Source: Azolla caroliniana
Taxonomy: Eukaryota; Plantae; Polypodiophyta
Direction: 5' to 3'
DNA length: 64,000 nucleotides
Assembly: GCA_043228905.1 (NCBI GenBank)
Contig: JBHGNT010000003.1
Location: 22,568,001-22,632,000, forward strand
A program made the position numbers and the translations under genes. Numbering within the stretch: position 1 is the first letter of the stretch; the number at the start of each line of letters is the position of its first letter. Shown here piece by piece: positions 50,615 to 64,000 of the stretch. Under the pieces are notes generated by a model, which had not been told where the DNA came from, did no database searches, and saw nothing but the letters and a program-made list of their open reading frames with translations.

Positions 50615-51713
50615 AAATTGGCATCAATTGAGAACAAGTCTGTGGAATCCAATTCAAAACAATGATAAATGGAATGAATATATTGTCTAAAAACAGAAAA
50701 AATATGTTTGTTTTCCTTCACAAGGCTGCAGGAAAAACAAAACAAGAAGCCAGCTCTTTTGTGCATTTTTTCTCCTTTACTGAGAGCTTTCAAAGCAAAG
50801 AAAGCTTTTTTGTGCAAACTGTCTCCTTCACTAAGCTTTCAGAGCAAAGGAGCTCTTTTTGTTCAATTTGGGTCATGTTGATAAGTGGGTCGCCATCGAA
50901 AGGATTAATGGGGTGCTACTGGTTATGATTGACTAATGTATATTTAACCAAATGCTTTTCGTTACTTCTTCAAACTCATAAACAAAAGGCAAAATCCAAC
51001 TCTTTTGGGTTCTTAAGCAAAAGAAAATCTTACGAGCCTATGGGAAAGTGTTTACTAGTGGGTCAAGTTACATCAACTTTACTATTTGTTAACAAAAGCT
51101 ATGAAAGGCATAGCTTTCAAGGTCTTCATTTAATGTAAGGGGAAACAAAAGGAGTTGAAATGAAAAGCTTGGAACATTACAAGCAATCAAACTTGGGAAT
51201 AAAAAGGGAGATTTCTTGCTGGTTTTTGAGTTTTGATAAATAAAGACTTCTCTAGCTTGTATCTTCAAAAGCTACTGTTGTCTCTATTTGAAACCATGTT
51301 GACTCTTCATATTTGGAAGATTTGCCTCACAACTAACTAGTTATGGCATAGCATTCAAAGAGTAGATTTTGGATATGTAATATGAGATGAAAAATTCCCC
51401 GAAAGTTCATATTGACGTATTGGAATATTGCAAGATTGTAGCATTTGTACACTTTAGTGCAAGAATATTCCCCAAAAGCATCTCCTAGAAGAACAACATT
51501 CTTATGGAGGCAATCAACTTTTCCAAAGCATCCATAGATAGATATAGCAAATAAAATAGTCACAGTAATTCCATTACATGTACAACCTAAACATTTAAAG
51601 AAAATGACACGTTCCTTTAGAGACTATAAATTGCTGAAATTTTCGTAGTCACCATTTTCACAAAAACAATAATGTGACTAATTTGAAGATCATTTAGATG
51701 CGTGCGAACATAA

Positions 51714-51966
51714 TCACGAAGTTTAGTGTACATGGGTTGTAATTATGTATGTATAGCTGACACAAACGTGCGTAGGTATAGTCATGTTACCTGGATAATG
51801 TTGTTAGAAAAGAGTTAGTTGGGAGTTGTAGAGTCAGGGTCACGAAGTTTAGTGTACATGGGTTGTAATTATGTATGTATAGCTGACACAAACGTGCGTC
51901 GGTATAGTCATGTTACCTGGATAATGTTGTTAGAAAAGAGTTAGTTGGGAGTTGTAGAGTCAGGGT
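51714..51966. repeat. Tandem duplication, 126 bp x2
   Basis: tcacgaagtttagtgtacatggg at 51714 and 51840, nearly identical. Confidence 0.95.
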
Positions 51967-53026
51967 AAAATAGTGTTTAATTCAATTTTGCTTGAGTTAA
52001 GGATCAGTTGAGTTTTTTTGCTGTTTTTGGTTGATAGTTTTGGAGTTGTTTCTCCAAGTTGTATATGTTGATCCCATTGTGGATTTGGATAAACTTTGTT
52101 GTATTCTATTTGCTAACTAATGCGAAGTAGTGGTTTTTTGGTAAAAAAAAATCACGAAGTTTAGAGGAGGTCAATCCTCACGATCTCCTCAAAAAATGAA
52201 CTTCATGTAAATGAGGCATAGAAATATTGTTTTTCCATGCACAAATGGATCTCTACAAACTTTATAACATTGAGGTTTACCTTGATACATGGTCTTTAGG
52301 GCACTATCCTTGGGTCAATCCATGATGAGCTATGAATTGCTCTTAGTGCTACTTTCTTTTTTCTTTATTGTTGGATCAAACGCATGAATATAATTGCATG
52401 AGATGCTTATTGACTTATTTCTAGCATGGGTGTTTTATATCCATTTAGTACTTATTAGTTTTCAAGATTAATTTGAGGCTAATAAATTCATAACCTTCGA
52501 AAAATTCCTATATTTAGGCTAGACACATTTCAATACAAAAATGTATTTTGGCGACCCAAATAAAGAAGTTGGGAATGACCCAAGCATTGTAAAAAGTGAG
52601 TTGGGGTCTTTTGACCAACTCATTCAAATGTGATGAACACACAATTAACCAACATAATCCCTCCATGATCTTTTAATGACTCGTCTTGTAAGCATGTATA
52701 CCATGCAATATCCATTTCATCATGCAAGTTCAAACAAGGTTTATGGTACAATGTAGATATTTGACGGGTCATAGAAGTCATCGTAGAAAAGTGGTTGTAA
52801 CTATGTCTCTGTTGAGTAAAAGACAATGCCAATATTCTTACAAATTACATTAGTGTATGCCGAGCATTAGAATACAAGGATATATTCCATTGCACATTGT
52901 GTGTGTGTTTTGTAATTGCCTTTAGCCTACATTATATAATGTCTACATTGATGGATTTGCTTAATGGCATGTAGAAACTCAGATACTTTTATATCTTGTA
53001 TACGATGGTTGTCCCGTGTTACTATC

Positions 53027-53293
53027 CCATTATCCATAAATGTGGAGTATCTCAATAAGTTAGTTGCAATTACATACAACCTAGACATGGATGACATTAC
53101 TACTTTGATATAGAACTTCCATTATCCATAAATGTGGAGTATCTCAATAAGTTAGTTGCAATTACATACAACCTAGACATGGATGCCATTACTACTTTGA
53201 TATAGAATTTCCATTATCCATAAATGTGGAGTATCTCAATAAGCTAGTTGCAATTACAACCTAGACATGGATGTCATTACTACTTTGATATAG
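53027..53293. repeat. Tandem repeat, 92 bp x3
   Basis: ccattatccataaatgtggagtatctc at 53027, 53119 and 53211. Confidence 0.95.
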
Positions 53294-53654
53294 ACCTCGA
53301 ACAATATTAAATTTGAACTACATGCTAAAAGCATAGGGTAAAAGATTGTATGAATTTATCCATCATATAAGAGACCTTCATCCCCTCAATTTCATCTACC
53401 TAAATTTTTGTTGACACATTCTTAAGACGTGAGGTTGCTCTAGTCGATCGAGGATTAGGTTGATATCAAAGTGGAGGGAAATTATTGTGATGGTTGTAGT
53501 GTGTTGTGAAGTCACCTTTTCCTTCCCCCATCCTCTTTGGTATGCGTCTTTCTTGGTTGGTAGTTCTAAGTTCCAAGGCAAAAGCTTGCCTCCATTGGAC
53601 TTTAATTGTACTCAATAATCTCTCACATTAAGTAATGGAGATCTATCTTAAAGC

Positions 53655-53658
<4 letters not shown>

Positions 53659-53733
<75 letters not shown>
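53659..53733. repeat. (TG)n(AG)n compound microsatellite
   Basis: Direct reading. Confidence 0.95.
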
Positions 53734-53738
<5 letters not shown>

Positions 53739-56700
53739 AAAATAGAGACATGGCCAATAGAAAAAGACTTGCCCCTCCTAAAAATATGTAGGCTCGGGCT
53801 AAGGGTCAAGAAAAATGTACATGGAAACATATTACTTCTTAACACATTTGACTTTAAATTTAGCCCTAACAAGCATAAATTATCGCTACACTTATAATGC
53901 ATTTTTACTGTGAATATACCGTATATGTATATGTTAATTTCTCTTTATAAATTTTGTTTGAGGCATGCATTTAACAAATTGGTCAATCTATTGACTTCTT
54001 TTTTGAGAAGATACCATGTTTGAATGGATGGGCAATTTATTTTTCTATTTCCATTCCATTGCAACTTATAAGATCAAATTACATGTTGATCAAGAATGTT
54101 TTCAAGGGCCTTTGATTGGTGGAGATAAAGTCAAATCCTCTGAATAACTAAATAATGATAAAACCCATTGCATCGCCAAAATAGTTGGTTGTGAAGCAAA
54201 ATCATTGACACTACAATATCATTTCATGTCCATTAGTTTCAATGTTAGTAAAATCTAATTGTAACAATTTTCATTGAGCTGAATTGATGGGAGGCATATG
54301 GGAGAAGATCCTCAATATCTAATCCCTTGTATTTCATGATTGACACTATGTAGCATTTTGAATATGTATGATCCATTGAAAATTTGATATGATTTCTGAC
54401 TCTTTTATGAATAGGGGTGCAAAATTAAGCATATTTCTTCGATTTCACCCAATTGATATATTTGACAACTTTTGCACATGGTGTATTAATATAGACTTCT
54501 TGTTGCAATTAGAGCCTATACTAAATCCAAGACATTCATATTGTATATTAACACGTAATCTTTTTAGGAAACAAATGTACGTGCTAAAGTTAGTGTAAAC
54601 AAAATCGACATATCACTATTATTGTTATTGTTGAGATATCATGGATTATAATAGAATTTGAGTTGTAGATGATAAGCCAAAACTCATATATAATTATAAA
54701 ATTTGGCATCATATGCATACATGATCAACAACATTCATTAAGCACGAAAAGGTGTCACATAAATACAAGTTTTGATGCGGAAAACAAAGAATGTGTATGC
54801 CACATGCAATATCATGCACCCCATGGTCCTCCTCGAATCAAGTAGTTGTATTTGGTTACAATTTTCTTGTAGATGTGTCGGCCCACATATACAATAGTCT
54901 CCTCTATGATGACTTTCTTTTGCATGGGATTGTCACACATTTTCCTTACAAGTTACAATTGAAGAAAAACAAACTTTATAATGTTGGTGTGATTTAAAAT
55001 TATTCTATATTTTTCTACTTATGATATATTTCATGTCCATGTAAAACATATACAATAATAGAACAAACTTTGAACAAAACTTCTCATGTAATCTTTCTTT
55101 CTTTTTTTCCCAAAAAAGATACTGCATTAGTATTAGAAAACGCCATAAGGCTAAACATACAAGATATACCACCGATTCCCTATGTTTTTCTAAATTCTAA
55201 CCATCGGCTTAAATAAACACTTACCCAAATTCTAACCATCGGCTTATTTTGATGATCATGGTGATATATTATACGCAGTTTCATGAGTAGGTTCAATCAC
55301 ATTTACCCAAAGGTTAATATATAGGTGTTTCTAGTGCTAACTTTCACATTGACTTGAATGTATAAATAGCATAATTGAATCCACTAATGATAGGTTCTTT
55401 TAGCCCTTATCATGCTCTCTTGTATGCTAATTCCTTTTCTTTTTCTTCTTCTTCGTCTTGCATGTACTTTTGTATCCTTTATTTTCTCATCATGTACATA
55501 TTTAATATAGTTTCCTAATTTCCGATTTTCATTTTTGTAAAGCAAATTATTTAGGTTGGGAAACAATTTGTTCTTTACTTTCAATATGATGAACAACTTG
55601 TTTTAAAATTGTCAGTGGTCACGACTCACTAACCTTTCTCTACTTACAAGATTGTAAGCATTAAGTAAAGAGCTCAATTGCCTTGTCTTTATCAAGTCCT
55701 ATCCTTCATTTTTGTCATCCTATCATCTTCTACTTTTTATCTTTTATTTGTGATCTTCGTCTTCCTAAATAAACTCCTCCTTTTTGTACTTTCTTGTGCA
55801 TGACAAGCTCTCCATCCCTTTTACTATGTTTGATGATCTGGCAAGCATCATTCCCTTATGGGTACTTTGGTGTTTTTCAAAGCCCCATTGTTATTGACTA
55901 TTGCAAACTTGCTTGCTCTCTTACATCCAACGTACATCCAAGTGCATTCTTTACATATGGGACTTTCTTTGTCTTCCTTTGACAAGGTTGCAAGCTTCCC
56001 TTCATGTTGTTTTAGGTTTATGCTTCATAACATGGGTTAGGTAATCATGAAAGCCAAATATACATGTATGTAGGTAGGTAGATGCATGTGTTTACCCATT
56101 GGGTATTTATGGAGCTACAATTTCAATTCTAGGGGCTTTCTGGATACTACCAAGAGATACATAACCATTTGGAGTCTATTTTGCATGGGTGCATTTATGA
56201 GCTCTTTGGACATTATTGTATACTAGCAAGCAACTAACCTTTTATCAGAAGAGCCCAGGGCACATAAATGGCCTCTCCTTTTATCATTTTTAGTCCCAGT
56301 ACTCTAGTACAATTTTGGTGGATTTTACTTCATCGTGAGGCTTCCCACTTGTAATATGAGATATTTCTAAAAAGCATTATGTATGAAGGTTTCGATCTTT
56401 GGCTACATATTCACTTTTAAAAAATGATGTGACTAACATTCCACTAGAAAATGTAACCCAAGTAAAATGATGTCAATCACACCCACACATACAAGGTTGT
56501 AAGCATATCTATTTCAAATATGTTGGTTGTAACTTGTAACCACCCACTTGGGCAATTGTCTCCCACTACCTCACCCATTGGAATTTGTGTTATCTCACGT
56601 GTTGTTGCATTTTCAGGTTCTAAGGGTGTTTACTTTGCAATGAATTTTAGTCACTTGAGAACCTACTTAATTTACATCCTACCAACTTTGTATATCTCTA

Positions 56701-59239
56701 CTTTGTCTACTCTACCTTGTTGTTTCTTTTATCTAATCATTGTGATGCATCAATTAATTGTGCTAACCTTTATGGCTTGTATTGGACTCATTTTAGTTCA
56801 TCAAGTATAATATGAGGGTTGTTTACAAGGAGTTTCCGTGCTCAACGTAACATAGGCTTCAAAGTTTGACACTCTAGTAATTCAACTTAAAGTCACACGA
56901 TTTTGTCTAGATAATTGAGAGACTCTTATTATATTATTGGTGTCATCAAGTTGTCATTTGGTTGTGCATCAAGATGTCCAATCAATGTGACCTTATTCCT
57001 GTGTGATGGTGAATATGAATCCTAATAAGTAATTCACTATTTTTGCCTTTTTTATATTCATGTGTGGTACTTATAAACTTTCTATATGAATACTCCAACA
57101 AGAGCATAACAAAAAAGCACAATAAGTGCTCTTTTTCTTTTCTTCCTGTGCATAACAAGCAAATATAATGTGACTTCTTGTTATGGGGTGGACTTTACAA
57201 AACCGATTGAGACGTGCTACCTTTTAAACCTAAATATTATTTACTCCTATTTGTTGATCTCAATCAAATGAGTGGCAAAGAGTATTGATTAATATACCTT
57301 CTCTCAAATTAAACATATTGTACAATATATACATCATGTCAATGTATAGATCATGGAATAGTTTATTGGAATTGTCAAACATATGGTTCTTGGGAACCAC
57401 ATGTCTCATGCTTTGGTGACATCAATGTTACTCTAGGGGTTTGAAGTATGAGACATTATTAGCATCTATAGACTATAAGTCCCATTTGAGAACGTTTGAA
57501 ACCGTCCAAAACTGTTTTCTTATGAAGAATTAACTAATCAATGTATGAACATTATACTTCTTGAGACTATATTGCTTCCCATTGAGATCATGGCCATGGA
57601 GAGAATTGTGACAAAAACATGCTTACGATTTGTTTTAAAACCTCACATCAGCTTCATACAAATGTTGGCAATCAAGTAACAAAACTCAAAACGTACACAA
57701 GCTTTTGAGTTTCAAATTGATGTCAGATATTCGAAATGGTTTGAAAATAGGATGCATTACTCTTGTTCCGTTATGTATCAACAATTTCCTCTATGAATGG
57801 GACCTTTGCAACAACCATGTATCACAACTTGGAAAAAATGTGGAGGCAAACTTGTAGACATTATATTCCAAAATATGGAGGCTAACTTTGTAGTGTATGT
57901 TGTATCAAACTTAAAAGTTGTCTTCTTCATCAAGTAAGAAATGGCATCAAGCCATGCGTACCAGAGCCCATCCCTTTGTTCAACATTTGCACTAGAAATA
58001 CCATGTAATTATGCTTCCTTAACATTCACAACATTGATTTCAAGCAACTTAGCTCACATTTTCTTTGATGGGAGATATGGTGTTTTGAGCACATGCAAGG
58101 AGGCTCATCAACCATGCAATGTTTCACCAAACACCTTTGTGAGTCTTAAGCATCACAATCTATTATAATGATCCATTTTCAGCCACATTTGAGTTTGCTT
58201 TTCCCACATTCTCAATATGGTCATATCCCAACACATATTTCTTTCATAGTCATAGTGTACACTCTCAAATGCAATGCTTAGTAGCCAAATGTTGGACATT
58301 TGAGAATCTCTACTCTATTGCATAAATATTGCGCCAAAACGTTTCACTTTTGGTCCCCAATGTTATAGTTGATCTCCAATGGTGATAATAAAATCTATCC
58401 ATCTATCTCAATACACAAATATTTAAGAAGAAGTCTCAACATTGTACTTATTATATCATCACAATATAGAATAGGCATCACATCCTCATGTGAATTAGTT
58501 ATGTTGTCATACTAATTTATGGATATTGCTCTATGATTCATCATGTCCTTAGCCCCTATCTTTGCACTCATTTATGGTTATTAAGTATGTTCCTACTTAA
58601 CAATATCATCAATTACCTTATCCACAAAAGAGTGTTTTTTTTCCAATACCAATGAATCTCCAACTTAGGAATGACTTGGAGGCTCACATTTCATACTTAT
58701 ATTGCATATTCTTATTCTCTAAACAAACCACACTCACAAATAAATGCTAAAACCTATCTCTTTGTATGCCATTTTGCACCATTAATTCTAGTTGACCTAG
58801 CTCTCATTCTCTTCCATGTGACACGGGGTGTTTGAGTGTAGGTGAGGAGACTTGTTGACTATGCATTTTTTTCCATAAACAAGTTTGACAATCATAGTAT
58901 CACACTTTGATATAACAAATTGCGTTTAATCACATTCAACTTTGCTTTCCACACGCTAACCCGGTAGGCATCTACTATGGACCTCTCTCCTTTAACACTT
59001 CTTATCACTTCTAGTTGTGTTACATTGAGTGTGCATCTAAGATTAGTGTATGGTTTAGCATTAATATTAAGAAAAGGGTTTTTGACAAGGTGTAATGGTT
59101 TTACTATGCACCAAACTATTTATTTAAGCTAATAGTTAGAACTTAACCTCTATAAACAAAGGGGCATAATTACCTATATGTACGTATTTCATGTACAACC
59201 ATAGGACATTTCTTAATACTAAAGTTGTATCTTTTCTTG

Positions 59240-61221
59240 GAGAGAGAGAGAGATAGATAGATAGATTATATTATATTATCGTCTTAGGTCAAATATGACC
59301 TATGAGACCAAAAAAATTACATTTCACGTGATACATGTGAAAGTGATTAGCGACTCTCGATGTTCAAGAACTTTACCAATGAATGTGGCAATCAAGAGTG
59401 CACATTGTGGTCGTGAGAGAAATTTGTGCAAGGATTGGGCTTGGTCGAAGATGTGTGGAAAGCATGGTCAAATATTATCAAAGGCAGAGCATTGTATCAA
59501 AGTGTGATACTCAAACTCTCGAACTTGTTTAGGGCAAAGTGTGCATAGTCGACCACTCTCATCACTTGTGCCCCAACACCCCGTCTCACATCGCAATACA
59601 TGTGAGATAAGTTGCATGGAAGCAATGGCTCGAATAGAAGCCAACGAATGGGCTCTAACATGTATCGATGTGTACGGTTTCCCCATTCCGCGAAGAATAT
59701 GGTTTTGTTGTTAGGTGCAACATGTGTAGTTACATAATGTATGAAGCTTGAGCCTCCACATTTTTCCCATGTCATGATACATTGGCGTTGCAAAAAGACC
59801 TCATTTACAGAGGAATCTAGTGATGCATCATGAAGCAAATGTGTTGCATCCCATCTACCGAACCATTTTTTCATATCTTGCATCCAACCAGAACACAAAA
59901 TTTTGTTTTTATGCGTTCTTTGTATCTTTTTGCTTGCTTCTCGTGCGATCATGGAAGTTGATGTGCGACACTTTTTTGAACCTTAAGCATGTATTTAACA
60001 ACCCTTTCTATGGCCAATATCTCAATGGGAAGTGATCATGTCTCAAGGAGGAGGAGGATGTATGGTGTTTGTTTCTTAACTTGTAGAAACTTTGTAAGAA
60101 AATGTTTTTGGACATTTTCAAACTCTTTCCAAGTAGATTTAGGGATGCCACCACCCCATAGAGAAGCACCAGTGTCACCAAAGTGTCAAAAAGGTATTTC
60201 TTGATGACCCAACACTTAATATGTCCATGATTGCATGTGTTCTCAAATGCATAATATGCTCGCTTTCCCGCGTCTAAGCGACGTGTAGCACATTCATCCC
60301 ATCTATGATTTGAAGGAACTTCAAGACCAAGATATTTGAAGCTTTCCACATTCAAGTGGCTCATTATTGTACATAATGCATGGCTTGTCTCTTTTTTGGC
60401 TCTTCATAAGCACTTGTTTTAGAGCTATTAACACTTAATTTCGTATGCATGCAATTTTTTTCCAATGCGTTCATAAGCTTTTGCGCATCTCCTAAAGTAT
60501 TTGCAAAAAGCACTACATCATCGGCATATAGCAAAAGCATAATGACAACATTCCCAATGACGACTTCTTCAACACCTTCTTCCTTTATAAACTTGGCAAC
60601 CATTTCTTCCAATTCATCAATGCAGTTGGTGAATAGAGTTGGTGAGAGTGGGCATCCTTGATTCACACCAATAGTGCTATTGAAAAAATTTGAAAGCTTA
60701 TTGCTCATACACACACAACATATAACCTTCTCATATAATCGGGAGATTGCAAGCACATATTCACTTGGCACCTTGAGCTCTTCCATTTGTCTCAAAATAT
60801 GGTCACGAGGTACCATATGAAAAGCTTTCTTAAAGTCTACAACGCAATAATGTAAACCTTTACCTCCAAGGCGACTTTCCTCCATTAATACTCGAAAGGT
60901 GACAATGTTATCAATGGTGTTATAATAGTATTTTCGAAAGCCAGCTTGTCCATAAATTCTCTTACCATTTTTTTCAGCCCATTCACTTATCTTTGATTCC
61001 ATTATACATCCAAATAGTTTCGTCACTAACGAGCCAACCATGATGGTTCGATAGTTGTTTACGTTATTTACATCTCCACCTTTATGTAAAGGTTTGATCC
61101 AATTTGTAGTCCAATCATATGGCATGCCATATTGCAATGCATGATTAAACATATCTCTTATCCATGCACGAGGAAGAAGAATTCGAAGGGCACAAAAATG
61201 AAAAATATAGTCGCTTACCAA
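59240..61221 (-). mobile_element. 5'-truncated, frameshifted non-LTR retrotransposon (RTE/RTEX-like): RT, C-terminal Cys/His region, 3'UTR
   Basis: NYRTI, QAGFR, VDFKKAF, GVNQGCPLSPTLF, LLYADD, FKYLG, then RLCTLC..EFEYHTLIQC. The tail runs into (taata)(tcta)n(tc)n. Confidence 0.9.
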
Positions 61222-61561
61222 GTTTTGGCCCTTTTCACATTAGTGTGGCTACACAACATTAGACTATCTAGCTTTTCTTCTTGCACCATACTTGCATCGT
61301 TGGTACTAGTGTTGATGTCATCGTTAGACTGTGAACCGTACATTAGGTACTTAAGAACATTTTGTTGACAATCACAACATGTCCTGATTGCAACATCCAT
61401 TAATAAAAATCTTGAGCATTAAGAATCGCTACTCAATTCCATACATGTTATGTCAAAATGTTTCAGTTTTGGTTCCATATGTCAGATTTAACCTTGAACG
61501 GTGATAAAAAATCAATTTGTCTAACTATGTCCATGGATTCGTTTAAATTCTTACGTACTTT

Positions 61562-62263
61562 TTTGTGGTTCTCCCATTGAATCGGTTCACCATGTTTGAT
61601 GGATATGTCCTATTGCTAACGCAATTTGGAAAAGAATGTTGAGAATTTTGTATCCTAATTTATGGTAAACGGGTGTATACATGGGGTTTTGTGAGATGGG
61701 GAAGATTGGCTAAAGAAATATAGAACTATGAAAAGGAGTATGTTGATTTTCTTCTCCTCTCCAATGGAAGAGATGTATTGGAGGTCTCTTATACCACAAC
61801 AATCTGTTGTTTGGAAGAGGACAAGCTCTGATCTATGATATCTTCTTTAGTAGTTTGGATATTGTGGAAGGCTAGATGTAAATGTGTATTTCAAAAAGTC
61901 AAACAAAATGTAGTTCAGTTAGACAAGGAGATATGGTTAATGCTCTTACATACTCTAAGAGATCAATATGGGCAATAACTGGTGAGCCTGATGTTGTGAT
62001 TCGTAAACAACAACAATTTTGAGAAATTTGGAAAAAGGCAAAGGTCCTCACCTCTTTTGGAGAGAGAATAAAGTGGAGATATGCTCCACCAAGATAGGCT
62101 CCCCCCCCCCCCCCCCCTACATTAGGGCTTTTGAAATTCAACATGTGGGTTGATGTGGGTATGAGGGTTATAATGTACTGTATGAATTCATTGTAGCCTT
62201 TGGGCATTTTTACATTAATACCAAGGTAAATCTTTATTTTTATTTTTTAAATAAAAATTAACA
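61562..62263 (+). mobile_element. 5'-truncated L1-like LINE 3' end with 17-bp TSD
   Basis: TSD aaattcttacgtacttt at 61545-61561 and 62264-62280. Peptide WILWKARCKCVFQ resembles the L1 ORF2 C-terminal W.IW..RN..VF motif. A-rich tail. Confidence 0.8.
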
Positions 62264-64000
62264 AAATTCTTACGTACTTTCTAGTTGTACAACAAGAAAT
62301 ACATTGTCACCTAAGTGAGGTAAAAATGATTGTTTCCCTCTAAGACATCCAATATTCTATATTGTAATGTGATCCGCTTTTTGTTTTTCACATAAATGAA
62401 TACATTACTTGTGCAGATGATTTGCATGGAGGACGAGATTGAACTATACAAAGTTCTTTGCTTATGTCATATAGAAGATGTAATTTGGAAAAGACAATAA
62501 CCCTTTGGGAAATTGCTAATGTTCCATTTGGTATTTTGACGAATACCTATATAGAAGATACTCATTTGTGTGGAAATTAAAAATAAGAACTTTAATTCAT
62601 TTTATAAATAGTGTGCAACATATGATGTCAATTCATTTTATAAATAGTTGGTCAAGCTTTTTATTGTCTCTTAGCAATAACAAAATCTCAAGAAGATAAG
62701 GGAAGGTAACCTAATCCTTTATCTTATTTGTGAAAGAACAATATTTTAGGGCCATACAAATGTACGTGACATCAACAACTTTGTATAATCATTTGTACCC
62801 ACCCAATTAAAAATAAACCATCATTTTCTATGATAGAATAGTGGATCTTTACAAAGATAATATGCCAAGTGTATTATTGTAGAGTGACATCAAAATATTC
62901 GATCAACGGTCGGAATGTCGAAGGCAAATATAATTGAGGTTATTGTTATTCCTAATTGAAGTGTATGAGTCACTCAAATGTATTACGTTGATAGTTTTAA
63001 CTTTTAACTATTGAAAGAGAACATATCTCAAGTTATCATCATTGTGAACTCAAGTTTGCACAATTCACTAGTTAAGGGTACATAGGTCACGAATATCATG
63101 TATATTTTGACTGAAATCTTTCAAAGCGTACATAGTTCACAAACATCAATAAACATATTCCTAGGTGAAATGTCTAGAGGCTCGTGCATCATTTTACTCA
63201 AAACTTTCTTCTTAACACAATTTTTCTCTAACGATTTGTTTTCATGACCGTTCTTTGAATGAACGGGCTAATATTCGCAACTTGCAAGTATGTGATTGCT
63301 TAGAGCATAGCACAAGGATCCAAACCATCATTTCCTTGTAATGGACAATAGTGAAGTCTGATACCATTGTTCAAATGCCTAGGTAGTGAACCATAATGAA
63401 AATTGAATTGATTTGACTTGATATGTAACTTTCTCGATTGTGTGGACATGGGGTTGTGTTCTCTCTTTGCTTGAATTGGAATCAAAGAAAAATATTTGCT
63501 TCATTCATTTCGTTTCCCGTGTACACTCGCATATTAATTATATAATGCTTCAAATCATGTGAGAACCACTATGCAATTGAAATGGATGTTTTGTTCCTCT
63601 TGATATCTTGAGCATTTAGTCAGCATGAGCTATCGTTAAAATGTTGGAATTCATTTTATTGCATAAATTCCTTCTTTTTGACTCGGGGTGTTGTTCTTCA
63701 CCCATCCACGTGGTTAACATCTATGGGAGATTTTGTGTGAATATCTCGAAGTTTGAAATCTCTCTCACATTCACATTAAGTGTAACAACATGAAAAGCCA
63801 CAAAACTTATGTCTATTGATACGCTTTGATAAAGCAAGCAACTTTGTGTTATCTTTCCTCGTTGGTAGTTCAACTTAAGAAGCTTTATACCTCCATATAA
63901 ACATGACTACCCCTAACTATATCTTGTGATTTTCTTTTCAACTCTCTAGGATACCTCAACATCGGAAGTGACTTTGATACATTAAAAAGGTTGTTTTATA

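Noticed and set aside
53027-53293. CRISPR-like arrays (also 43181-43528)
   Set aside because: Head-to-tail units with no unique spacers, in a eukaryotic context with no cas genes.

Overview
AT-rich, repeat-dense nuclear DNA from a land plant. The (CT)n load and LINE content suggest a fern or other non-seed plant, which is inference only. There are two host genes. The first is a minus-strand EXO70 (G-clade-like) exocyst subunit at 1258-4047, probably with a tiny upstream exon at 4991-5000. It carries an unusual ~250-aa N-terminal extension of ~7 diverged ~35-aa repeats, almost all ending in a same-phase splice-acceptor-like motif. The second is a plus-strand six-exon CCCH zinc-finger gene at 40743-50614 with three intact fingers, an apparently missing fourth-finger exon and a degenerate last finger. 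Between and around them lie a very young full-length Ty1/copia element (LTRs identical apart from a microsatellite, one nonsense codon), a solo LTR, two hAT-type MITEs, several L1 and RTE/RTEX-like LINE fragments and many 50-250 bp tandem duplications. A nested inverted-repeat complex contains a 638-bp foldback element with TG..CA ends and a 5-bp TSD. All alignments and coordinates were read by eye, and no database search was possible.
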